Shown piece after piece: positions 8,824-17,204 of a DNA stretch of 21,408 nucleotides. Within the stretch, counting starts at the first letter, position 1. Each line of letters opens with the position of its first letter. Both the position numbers and the translations under genes were made by a program. The DNA comes from Myxococcota bacterium (GTDB lineage Bacteria; Myxococcota_A; UBA796; GCA-2862545): NCBI GenBank assembly GCA_039208735.1, contig JBCCQY010000166.1, forward strand, positions 1-21,408, in the 5' to 3' direction. The notes beneath the pieces were generated by a model. The model saw only the letters and a list, made by a program, of their open reading frames with translations. It was not told the origin of the DNA and did not search any database.

Positions 8824-9654
8824 CTAGAGGGGGCATCGGGCGGTGGGGAGCGCGGAGGCCAGAGCGTCCATACCGGCCTGAAGCTCCCAAGCGGGTGTGC
8901 GCGTCAGGCGGCCCTCGCCACGGACGAGCCCCGCGAGCGGGGTGGGTCCACGGCGTGAACTCCATCCATCGATCACAAGTACGGAAAGGTCGATGCCCGA
9001 CGCTTCAGCCCGATCCCCGAACCGATCGAGCGCGGCATAGGTGAATCGCCCTTCGGCATTGCAGTCGTGCAAGCCATCCACGACGAGCCAGAGGCTTCGC
9101 GTGCGTGAAGGGCTTTGTTCGAGCTGTCGGAGTGCGACCTCGAGGCCCAGCGCCACATTCGCACAGCGTCCCAACGTGGCCTCGATGTCCGTGGGGAGGA
9201 CCAAGTTGTCGACAGGGTCGTCGAGCGTCACCCAAGGGGCCGAATCGGGCTCCACCGTGCCCTGCCCATCCGACCACGAACGCTGGGCAAAGCCCACGAG
9301 ACCGAGCCGGCCGTCACGCGGGAGTCGCGAGGGAACCGTCGACAGTACGCCAAGGAGTTCTTCTTCGGAGAACCGCGCGGTGCTGCGCATGGACTCGGAG
9401 AGTTCCTGGGCGATGACCACGTCCGTGCCGTCATCACACCGAGGCTTCACGGAAGCCCCTACCGCGCGCTCCAGGTTGGTCAGTACGCCACGGCTCTCAA
9501 ACGTCGGCTCCTCGGGCACGGAGGGCGGAGGGGGGACGGGAACGGGTTCGTCGGCCACCACGGGGCCTGCGTCCAGCCCCCCTGGGTGCGTGGCAAAGAG
9601 CGCAGCGGGCAACGCGAGCGCCGCTAGGATGGCCGTCAGATAGTGCCGCCGCAT
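8824..9654 (-). CDS. Exported or membrane-anchored von Willebrand factor A (vWA) domain protein
   Basis: N-terminal signal/TM, Pro-rich linker, then DVVIAQELSESM (MIDAS-like), RLGLVGFA, NVALGLEVAL, LWLVVDG, GIDLSVLVI: a Rossmann vWA pattern. GAGG RBS. Confidence 0.7.
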   Translation of the reverse strand: MRRHYLTAILAALALPAALFATHPGGLDAGPVVADEPVPVPPPPSVPEEPTFESRGVLTNLERAVGASVKPRCDDGTDVVIAQELSESMRSTARFSEEELLGVLSTVPSRLPRDGRLGLVGFAQRSWSDGQGTVEPDSAPWVTLDDPVDNLVLPTDIEATLGRCANVALGLEVALRQLEQSPSRTRSLWLVVDGLHDCNAEGRFTYAALDRFGDRAEASGIDLSVLVIDGWSSRRGPTPLAGLVRGEGRLTRTPAWELQAGMDALASALPTARCPL

Positions 9655-9708
9655 CGGTTCCTCGGGTGGTGACGGCCTTGTCGGATCGTCGAAAGTGAGC
9701 GTCCCTCT

Positions 9709-11388
9709 CTATTTGTGAGAATTCGGGTTTCGGGGATTGCGGCGGTGCTCATCCAGGCGAATGATGCGGCCCTGAAGGCCTCGGCCGAGATGGACTCGCT
9801 TCCAACCGATTCGCGCGCTTTGGCCGGATTGGGAAAGTGCCTTGACGATGCGACCTCGTTGACGGGCCGGACTGTCCACCGGAGGCGTTCGAATCGCCTC
9901 TCTAATGTCCTCGGGCTCGACGAGTCTCGTCACCAGCTCGGCTCCGTCGAGCCACGTGAAGTACCCCGCCTCTCCAAGTTCGTGGTAGCGCAGGTCGATC
10001 TTCTTTTGTGCACCGTGGTCCAGTGGTCCGGCGCGTTCGACCAGGGTCTGCTTGGTGATCCAGTCGAGCTGGCCAAACAGGCGGCTCGGGTCGGATTCAA
10101 GCGCATCGAGGGTCTGCGACCACAACTTCACCAGCTGATGCGCCTCGACCGGCGCAGCGACCTCTTCGATCCAGGTTTGGGCACGTTCGAGGTAGGTTCG
10201 CTGTAGCTCGAGGGCGCTGGCTTCCCCGCCGCCGCGCAATGGAACGCGCACTTGCAGGGTGGCATCGTCCGAAATCGCACGGGCGGCGGCGACGGGGTCG
10301 CGGGGGCGCGGGGCATCACGAAGCACCCCCGCTTCGACCATGTCGAGCACCAGGGCCGTTGTGCCCAGCTTGAGGTACTCGGCGACGTCACATCGGTTGG
10401 CGTCCGACATGCCGATCTGCAGGCGCTGGCGCTTCGCGAACGCGTCGGCAAAGCTCCGCCAACGCAGCAAGGCGAGCCATTGCAAGGGTTTGACGAGGTG
10501 CCCCGTTTCAAAGAGCCCTCGGTCATGTCGGCCGATCGTGAGTCGCATCACCCGGCGAAGGTCCGCCATCTTTTCGGACAACGCCCAGCGGCCGTCCGGC
10601 TTGCGAGTGCCTGCTCCACTGACGATGCACCGGCTGACGAAGAACCCCATCGCTCGACGTTGGTAGGGCCGGTAAGCGAGCAGGCTGGCTGCACTGCTTG
10701 TGATCACAAACGAAGGCTGAAAAAGCAAGATGACGAAATCCTGCATCACCGAGGCAACCCGGGAGGGTATTTCGTCCACATCGGGCTCATCCCGTCCCGC
10801 GAGAGCGGCGACGATCGTGGCCACAAACAACACCACGACAACCAACAGGAGGGTCGTGACCAGCATGGTCAGCGTGATGGCAGCGGCGCCAAGCGCCAAG
10901 GGAGCCGCGCTTAGCAGGGCCAATCGCCAAAGCCAAAGCCTGGGCCCTCGAGCGACGAACACCTCGTAGCTCTCTTGGGCTCCGTACACGTTGCCCTGCG
11001 CGTCTCGACAGTTCTTAAGCAATCCCAATCGCGCTTCGACACCCTCGTTTCTAAGCCGTTCCTCGGCGAGTCGAACCGCGTTGGCGAGCAGCTGGTCTTG
11101 TGCCCGCTGGTACAGGAGGACCTGCGCAGGGCCTCGGCATTCGGGAGTGCCCGCCTCGAACAGTCCACCCTCTTGGTCGGGCAGCACGTGCTCGAACATG
11201 AAGGTGCCCCCGTTCTCGGTGAAGAACCGGGTGGAGACTTGTGCCTCGGCGAGGCGGGTGTGCACAAGGTCCCCCGCCGCGCTGGCAATGCGTTCGAACA
11301 GTTCCTCATTGCCGGGATGAGGGGTCGTCACCGGGGCTTCAAACCGAATGGCGTATTCGGTCTCGGCGCCCATCAGCCGGTCGAGCAC
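9709..11388 (-). CDS. PafA/Dop-family (Pup-protein ligase-like, GS/GCS fold) protein with internal transmembrane insertion
   Basis: Motifs colinear with PafA/Dop: LMGAETEY, FTENGG, EAGTPEC, KNCRDAQGNVYGAQESY, FFVSRCIVSGAG, RLQIGMSDAN, LKLGTTALVLDMVE, SALELQRTY, LDWITK, IDLRYHEL, PPxDSxAxxRG, W near the C-terminus. Hydrophobic block at aa ~151-198 and a weaker one at ~211-239. Confidence 0.88.
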   Translation of the reverse strand: MLDRLMGAETEYAIRFEAPVTTPHPGNEELFERIASAAGDLVHTRLAEAQVSTRFFTENGGTFMFEHVLPDQEGGLFEAGTPECRGPAQVLLYQRAQDQLLANAVRLAEERLRNEGVEARLGLLKNCRDAQGNVYGAQESYEVFVARGPRLWLWRLALLSAAPLALGAAAITLTMLVTTLLLVVVVLFVATIVAALAGRDEPDVDEIPSRVASVMQDFVILLFQPSFVITSSAASLLAYRPYQRRAMGFFVSRCIVSGAGTRKPDGRWALSEKMADLRRVMRLTIGRHDRGLFETGHLVKPLQWLALLRWRSFADAFAKRQRLQIGMSDANRCDVAEYLKLGTTALVLDMVEAGVLRDAPRPRDPVAAARAISDDATLQVRVPLRGGGEASALELQRTYLERAQTWIEEVAAPVEAHQLVKLWSQTLDALESDPSRLFGQLDWITKQTLVERAGPLDHGAQKKIDLRYHELGEAGYFTWLDGAELVTRLVEPEDIREAIRTPPVDSPARQRGRIVKALSQSGQSARIGWKRVHLGRGLQGRIIRLDEHRRNPRNPNSHK

Positions 11389-11397
11389 GGCCGTGGA

Positions 11398-11574
11398 CTA
11401 TTCGCCGCCGCCGGGCACTTCGGTGGCCCGGAGGTAGTCTTCGGGGCGGTCGTTCGCATCATCGCGGACCCGCTCGATCACACGTTCGAGCCGGTCACGT
11501 CGTGAGGGCGGGATTTCGGACGGCGTCGGCCGCGGATCCGTTTCGACCTTGCGGGCTTCGTGGGGCTTCGGCAT
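11398..11574 (-). CDS. Pup/UBact-like small protein modifier (58 aa, C-terminal GGE)
   Basis: GGAGG RBS then ATG 11574: MPKPHEARKVETDPRPTPSEIPPSRRDRLERVIERVRDDANDRPEDYLRATEVPGGGE*. Disordered N-terminus, helical middle, EDYL resembling Pup EEFV, and terminal GGE. Its stop is 9 bp before the ligase start. Confidence 0.8.
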   Translation of the reverse strand: MPKPHEARKVETDPRPTPSEIPPSRRDRLERVIERVRDDANDRPEDYLRATEVPGGGE

Positions 11575-11632
11575 GCAGACCTCCAGACGCATCCGATCGT
11601 AGTACCGCGTCCAGAAGCGATCGTCTGCCCTG

Positions 11633-12382
11633 TCAGCTACGAATGTGCGTAGGTTGCTGTGCGAGGTCGACGCTTCGGGGACTGGGACCGCTGCGGAGCC
11701 TGTCCGGGTCGTGCAGCAGCATGATCTTTTGCCAGACTTTGCGGCCGAGACCCGTCGTGAGGGTCTCGAGGTCGTTGACGGCAGCTACCACCTCGGTATC
11801 GCGCGTGCGCTCCCCGTAGACGGCGGCCAGTTTGCCGACGATCGAGAGCATCTCGGTGCAGTAGTCGAGGTAGCGACCCAGTTCGAACACGGACATGTTC
11901 CGCGCGGGCGACGAGGCGGTGGGCGCGCCGTTGGAAAGGATGACCGTGGGATCCTTGGTGAGCTGGTGCATGTCGACGATATGGGCCAGGGAGCGCAGCT
12001 CGTGGAGGCGCTCCAGGACCTGACGCCGTCGCATGCGCTGTTCGAGCGTGACCAAAAACCAAATGGCCGTGCCCGCAAGGATCATGAGGTTTGCGCCAGC
12101 TTCCAGGCTCGTGGTTTCCAAGGTGATGCTGTTGGTGGTGATCAGGTGGTTGACCACCCAGCCAAAGCTCGCCAAGGCGCCGCCGATCACCAGCAAGACG
12201 AGCATCCGCAGCCAGAGATTCGGACGGGCGATCCGATTGGCCCGGCGTCGGGTCTGCTCTGCGGTGGACTGCAATGCCTTACACAGCGCGAGCAGACTTG
12301 ACTCCGGAAACCGTTCGGCCACACGCTGGGTGAGCCGGGAGGCGGTTTCGGCGACTTTGGTGACTTTCAATCCGAGCGCCAT
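11633..12382 (-). CDS. Hypothetical membrane protein (two TM helices plus cytoplasmic helical domain)
   Basis: GAGGAG RBS then ATG 12382 (MALGLKVTK...). Two hydrophobic helices, then LHELRSLAHIVDMHQLTKDP and RYLDYCTEMLS. Function unknown. Confidence 0.75.
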   Translation of the reverse strand: MALGLKVTKVAETASRLTQRVAERFPESSLLALCKALQSTAEQTRRRANRIARPNLWLRMLVLLVIGGALASFGWVVNHLITTNSITLETTSLEAGANLMILAGTAIWFLVTLEQRMRRRQVLERLHELRSLAHIVDMHQLTKDPTVILSNGAPTASSPARNMSVFELGRYLDYCTEMLSIVGKLAAVYGERTRDTEVVAAVNDLETLTTGLGRKVWQKIMLLHDPDRLRSGPSPRSVDLAQQPTHIRS

Positions 12383-12411
12383 TGTACGCTCCTCGATGGG
12401 ACCAAACCCTA

Positions 12412-12930
12412 CTACGCAACGTCCAGGGCCATGGCGATCCGGGGCTTCACATCGAGGCCTGCGGCGGCCTCTTCCTTCCGGATCTGGGCAAGCCAATTGG
12501 GCAACGTGTCGGGCGGCAACACCACGAAGCCGTAGCGAGTGTAGAACGGACCGTTAAACGAGACATCTCGGTATGTTGTGAGGGTGACCCGTCGGGCCCC
12601 TTGGGCGCGCGCCGTGGTCGCCACATGGCCGAGGAGACGACGCCCAAGGCCTCGACCCTGTAGCTGCGGCATCACGCCGAGTTCGTGGAGGTGGAGCGCA
12701 TCGCCGTGGGTCTCGCACAGCGCGAAGGCGATGGGCACATCTGCCTCATCAGCCAGGACGAACAGGCGGTCGGCGTCGATGGACTTCGCCATGAGCGTCC
12801 GGTCCATTCCGCTGAATTGGGAGTCATCGATGCCCACCTCGACGAAGCGAGTGCCCGCCTCGCGCTCGATCTCCAAGAGGCGATCCATCTCGTCGAGTCG
12901 GGCGAACCTAAGTGGATAATCGTCGGCCAT
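12412..12930 (-). CDS. GNAT-family N-acetyltransferase
   Basis: LHLHELGVMPQLQGRGLGRRLL (acetyl-CoA-binding motif A) and VTLTTYRDVSFNGPFYTRYGF. Confidence 0.92.
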   Translation of the reverse strand: MADDYPLRFARLDEMDRLLEIEREAGTRFVEVGIDDSQFSGMDRTLMAKSIDADRLFVLADEADVPIAFALCETHGDALHLHELGVMPQLQGRGLGRRLLGHVATTARAQGARRVTLTTYRDVSFNGPFYTRYGFVVLPPDTLPNWLAQIRKEEAAAGLDVKPRIAMALDVA

Positions 12931-13033
12931 AGACCCGACTCTATGCGGGGGTTGCCGAACCTGCGAGGGCTTTGTCGCGATCGTGAAGTGATAGGTCTGC
13001 GGGCCGCGGTCGCGGGACCTTCAGGAGGAGCCA

Positions 13034-15526
13034 GTGACGACTAGCGTGGCGTGGTGGATCGGCGCGTGGGCGGTGGCGTTTGGCCAGGATGCCGGCGGAT
13101 TGCTGACCGAGGTCGACCAGCTTGGGGTGGTGGGCAGCGTGCTCTACGTGGCTGCGCATCCCGACGATGAGAACACTCGGCTCATCCATTGGCTTGGCCG
13201 CGAGCGTGGCCTGCGAACCGCCTACCTTTCGATGACCCGCGGAGGCGGCGGGCAGAACCTGATTGGCTCGGAACGGACGGAGCGGCTTTCGGTGCTTCGC
13301 ACCGGTGAATTGCTCGCTGCACGAGCCATCGACGGGGGCCAGCAGCTCTTCACCCGCATGCGCGACTTTGGGTACTCGAAGTCACCGGAAGAAACGCTGG
13401 CCCTTTGGGGCCGTGATGAGGCATTGGACGACGTCATTCGGGCCATCCGGACGTTTCGCCCCGATATCATCGTCACGCGCTTTTCGGCCGATGGAGGTGG
13501 CCACGGTCACCACACCGCTTCGGCGAGGTTAGCGGCGGAAGCCTTCGAACGAGCTGCCGATCCCACCTACGAGATGCCGGGGCTGCCGCCGTGGCAGGCC
13601 CGTCGATTGCTGCGCAACGAGAGCACCTGGCGCCTGAAGGAGGATGACCCCATTCCCGAGGCCTGGATGGGCGTCGATGTAGGCACCTACGACCCCCGTG
13701 CCGGGCAATCCGCAGGAGAGGTCGCCGCACGTGCGCGTAGCCAGCACAAGTCCCAGGGGTTTGGAAGTGCTCCCCGTATCGGGGTTATCGACGAGTACTT
13801 CACGTTGACCGCGGGCGAGCCGGTGGTCGATGGGGATCCGTTCGGGGGCCTCGATCTGTCTTGGTCTCGCTTCGACCAGTCCAAGCGAGTGACCGCCTTG
13901 CTCGAGAAGATCGGCAAGCGCTTTGATCTTCGGGCCCCCGAGACCGTGTTGCCCTTGCTGGCCCGACTCCATCGCGAGTTGGACGCCTTGGAGGATGGCC
14001 ACTGGCGCCAGGTCAAACAGCGCGACGTGGAACAGCTCATGCGTCACTGCGCTGGGATCTACCTTTCTGCTCGCACGTCGGTGATGGCTGCCGCGCCTGG
14101 CGACCGCATTTCTGTCGTCTTGCGGGCCGCGGCCCGACGCGAGGGCTCTGTCGAACTGCGAGGCGTCGAGGGGCCAAGCTTCGCCTCCGAAATCCCTTCC
14201 TGGACGGCGAAGCTCGGCAAACACCCAGCCGAACAGACGGTGGAGCTCGTCCTCGACGCGGATGCTCCGATCAGCCAACCCCATTGGCTCATCACGTCGC
14301 CGACCCCTACGCGCTACGCCGTGGACGACCCTGAACAGAGGCTCATCGCGGATCGTCCGCCGGTTGCCGTCACCATGACCCTCGACATTGCCGGCGTTCG
14401 TCAGGCGGTCGACGTGACGGTGGTCCACGCCATCACCGATCGGGTTCGCGGTGAAGTGCTGCGCCCGTTCGAGGTGCTGCCAAGGCTCACGACGACCTTT
14501 GGCGCACGCGGGGTCCTCGTGCCCCGTGGCGGGTCGGTGGAGGTTCCCGTGACGCTGACCGCTCCCACGCTGACCGAAGGAACCGATGCCCTCACTGCGG
14601 CATGGACCATCGAAGCGCCCGTGGGGATCACGGTGACGCCCACGCCCTGGCCCGTCACGCTCACGCCAGAGGCACCGGAGCGCGTCGTCCACTTGCGGAT
14701 CATGGCCTCTGACGACGCAACGGCGGGCCCCGTGACGCTGCGAATTGCCGGTGAACCTGCCTACCAACGGCATCGCATCGCATACCCGCACGTGCCCGAG
14801 CGCACGGTCTTGGCGACGGCTGCGTTGCGCGTGACGCCGGTGTCGCTCGATCGGGGAGCCGTGACGCGGGTGGGCTATCTCCCAGGTAGCGGAGACGACG
14901 TGGCCGAGGTGCTGCTGTCGGTGGGCTACAACGTCGAAATCTTAGACGAGACCCAACTGACCGCGAAGGGGTTGCAAGGCTTCGATGCGGTGGTTTTCGG
15001 CGTACGGGCTTACAATACGCGCCCTGGTCTGATCGCGCATCAATCCGCACTGTTGGAGTACGTCGCTGGTGGTGGCACCCTGATCGTCCAGTACAACACG
15101 TCACGACGCTGGACGACGCTTTCCGATGCCATTGGTCCGGCCGCGCTGCAGGTAGGTCGGGGGCGGGTCACCGATGAAATGGCTCTGGTGACCCTGGAAC
15201 ATCCCAAGCATCCGATGATCCTAGGACCGAATCGCCTGACCGAAGCCGATTTTGAGGGGTGGGTACAAGAGCGTGGGCTGTACTTCGCGGAGTCTTGGGA
15301 CGATGCCTACGTCCCGTTGTTCAGCATGGCCGACCCTGGCGAGGACGCCCAGCTGGGATCGACCCTGGTCGCCGCGCACGGCAAAGGCACCTTCATCTAC
15401 ACGGGATTGTCCTTCTTCCGACAGCTCCCTGAAGGCATCCCTGGCGCCATGCGGCTGTTCGCCAACCTGCTGGCCGGCGCCAATCCTCGCGCGACCGCTC
15501 AGCGCCGCAGGCGGTCTCGCCGGTAG
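13034..15526 (+). CDS. Secreted PIG-L/LmbE-family deacetylase with Ig-like middle region and C-terminal class I glutamine amidotransferase-like domain
   Basis: AGGAG RBS. AAHPDDEN, TRGGGGQN, DFGYSK, HGHH, SQHKSQGFG. C-terminal VGYLPGSGD...GVRAYNT...GGTLIVQY...WVQERGLY...FFRQLPEG. Confidence 0.9.
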   Translation: MTTSVAWWIGAWAVAFGQDAGGLLTEVDQLGVVGSVLYVAAHPDDENTRLIHWLGRERGLRTAYLSMTRGGGGQNLIGSERTERLSVLRTGELLAARAIDGGQQLFTRMRDFGYSKSPEETLALWGRDEALDDVIRAIRTFRPDIIVTRFSADGGGHGHHTASARLAAEAFERAADPTYEMPGLPPWQARRLLRNESTWRLKEDDPIPEAWMGVDVGTYDPRAGQSAGEVAARARSQHKSQGFGSAPRIGVIDEYFTLTAGEPVVDGDPFGGLDLSWSRFDQSKRVTALLEKIGKRFDLRAPETVLPLLARLHRELDALEDGHWRQVKQRDVEQLMRHCAGIYLSARTSVMAAAPGDRISVVLRAAARREGSVELRGVEGPSFASEIPSWTAKLGKHPAEQTVELVLDADAPISQPHWLITSPTPTRYAVDDPEQRLIADRPPVAVTMTLDIAGVRQAVDVTVVHAITDRVRGEVLRPFEVLPRLTTTFGARGVLVPRGGSVEVPVTLTAPTLTEGTDALTAAWTIEAPVGITVTPTPWPVTLTPEAPERVVHLRIMASDDATAGPVTLRIAGEPAYQRHRIAYPHVPERTVLATAALRVTPVSLDRGAVTRVGYLPGSGDDVAEVLLSVGYNVEILDETQLTAKGLQGFDAVVFGVRAYNTRPGLIAHQSALLEYVAGGGTLIVQYNTSRRWTTLSDAIGPAALQVGRGRVTDEMALVTLEHPKHPMILGPNRLTEADFEGWVQERGLYFAESWDDAYVPLFSMADPGEDAQLGSTLVAAHGKGTFIYTGLSFFRQLPEGIPGAMRLFANLLAGANPRATAQRRRRSRR

Positions 15527-15538
15527 GTCCATCGCTGC

Positions 15539-16666
15539 CTACGGCAGCCCCCCGTCGGACTCGGTTCGCGACACGGGGGGCAGGAAGATGGGATCGGGTT
15601 CTCGAACGCCCCCATCCGGAGGGCTTGGCACCGAAGAACTCGTGCCCCAAGTCACGTTGAGCGCTTCGGAGAGCGCGTCGTGAGGACGAACCCGGGGCTC
15701 GGTGGTCCAGAAGTCTCGCAGCCCAAGCAGGGCCCCCTTGCCGTCAAACAAGAAGCTGCCGGGCAACATGGGGGCTTCGATGACCAAGGTGCGCGGTGTC
15801 TCATGGAGCCGAAAGCCTAGCAGTCGCGTGCGCACACGACCCTGGCGGGGATGCCAACCGAGGGCCGGCTCACGAGCCCGAGGGATTTGCGTAGCCACCT
15901 CGGTGCACGGGGTCTGTGGCCCGGTGGGCACGGCAAGCATGGCCACATCGAGTTCAGCCGACGCGGCCAGCCAGCGCGCTTCGGTCGTTCCGGAGGCCGT
16001 TCTTACGACGATGGGGGCCGGCGGAACTGGAATGGCGTGGGCCGCGGCCCACACAAAGCCATCGGGGCTCACCACCACCGCGGCTCCTGCACGTCCGCCA
16101 CGCCCCACGCGGGCTCGGCCATGGGTGCCCGGGGTGAGGCAACGACGCAGCACGAACGGGCCGTCACTTGCCTGCTGACGGCGCTTTGCGATCAACAACG
16201 CACGGTCGAAGGCTGCACTGGCGACGAGCCGTTGAAGGCCCTGTTCCAACGGAGCGAGGGGGCGGTCGGGGACCTGAGGCACCGGGGTGCGGGCTTCGAA
16301 GGTCACCACTCCATCACGGCGATCGACGAGCTGCCAGCGAACCGTGGCTGTCGCATCGGAGGCTCGTCGCACCTCGCCAAGCAGGACGAATCGGGCCTCA
16401 ACCGTACGATCGGGCCCCGAGGCCTCCGCCCCCAGCACCGGCAACCCGCGCGATCGCAGATCGTGAAGAAGGCGACGACGAGTGGGACCTTCTTGACCGG
16501 TGAGCCCCGCGTGACGCAAGTCGATCTCGGCGAGGGTGAAGCGTACCGGCTCCCAGCGCGCAGGGGGAACGACCGCCGACGTAGCGCGACGGGTTCGAAC
16601 GTCGGGTGTGCGGGTAGGGACCAAGCCTCCCGACCACGCCACCGCTCCGATCAGCCACATCACCAT
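15539..16666 (-). CDS. Putative exported protein with degenerate trypsin-like (S1C) domain
   Basis: GAAVVVSPDGFVWAAAHAI (His motif), ELDVAML (Asp motif), PMLPGSFLFDGKGALLG (Ser-motif region, degenerate). The ORF fills the space between flanking genes. Confidence 0.55.
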   Translation of the reverse strand: MVMWLIGAVAWSGGLVPTRTPDVRTRRATSAVVPPARWEPVRFTLAEIDLRHAGLTGQEGPTRRRLLHDLRSRGLPVLGAEASGPDRTVEARFVLLGEVRRASDATATVRWQLVDRRDGVVTFEARTPVPQVPDRPLAPLEQGLQRLVASAAFDRALLIAKRRQQASDGPFVLRRCLTPGTHGRARVGRGGRAGAAVVVSPDGFVWAAAHAIPVPPAPIVVRTASGTTEARWLAASAELDVAMLAVPTGPQTPCTEVATQIPRAREPALGWHPRQGRVRTRLLGFRLHETPRTLVIEAPMLPGSFLFDGKGALLGLRDFWTTEPRVRPHDALSEALNVTWGTSSSVPSPPDGGVREPDPIFLPPVSRTESDGGLP

Positions 16667-16756
16667 AAAAGCGGCCTATCGTGAGATCATCAGCCCGGCT
16701 GGCCTGGGTTGTGTAACGCCGCGCGTGGGCCGATGTCGGGTCACTAGGAGGCCGTG

Positions 16757-17203
16757 ATGACGTCAATGCGTGGGTTGTCGGTGTGGTTCAGTGGGGTCGC
16801 GTTCCTGGGCCTTGTGGCCTGTGGTGGGCCTGTGGGTGAAGGCGATGGGGTTGTCGACGACACCGAAATCCCCGGAGTAGGGTGGGAAGCCGTGTTCGAG
16901 ACGTTCTCCCACGACGTGGCAGGGCGCGCGGTGATCGTGGATGAACAAACCATCGAGCTGCAGGATTTCACCTACGATGGTGGAGGGGTGAATGCGCGTT
17001 TGTTCCTGCTTCCTGCAGGGGGGGACTTCACCGACGACTTCGAACTGACCGACAACTTGGTGGGCACTGAGTTCGACAACGACACGCTCGTGATCGATAT
17101 TCCCGAAGATGCCCCATTCGAGGACTGGAACCTCATCACCTTGTGGTGTGTGCCGTTCCGGGTGGACTTCGGCAGTGGCGTGTTCCAGCCCCCCGAGGAG
17201 TGA
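16757..17203 (+). CDS. DM13-domain lipoprotein
   Basis: GGAGG RBS at ~16747 and lipobox LVAC. HDVAGRAVIVDEQTIELQDFTYDGGG...ITLWCVPFRVDFG matches the DM13 pattern. The start could be 16754, 16757 or 16766. Confidence 0.8.
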   Translation: MTSMRGLSVWFSGVAFLGLVACGGPVGEGDGVVDDTEIPGVGWEAVFETFSHDVAGRAVIVDEQTIELQDFTYDGGGVNARLFLLPAGGDFTDDFELTDNLVGTEFDNDTLVIDIPEDAPFEDWNLITLWCVPFRVDFGSGVFQPPEE

Positions 17204-17204
17204 C

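Noticed and set aside
8821..8826. Intrinsic terminators at convergent junctions (8823/8824, 15526/15539, 18134/18138)
   Set aside because: The stops abut or nearly abut, and I found no convincing hairpin plus U-tract.
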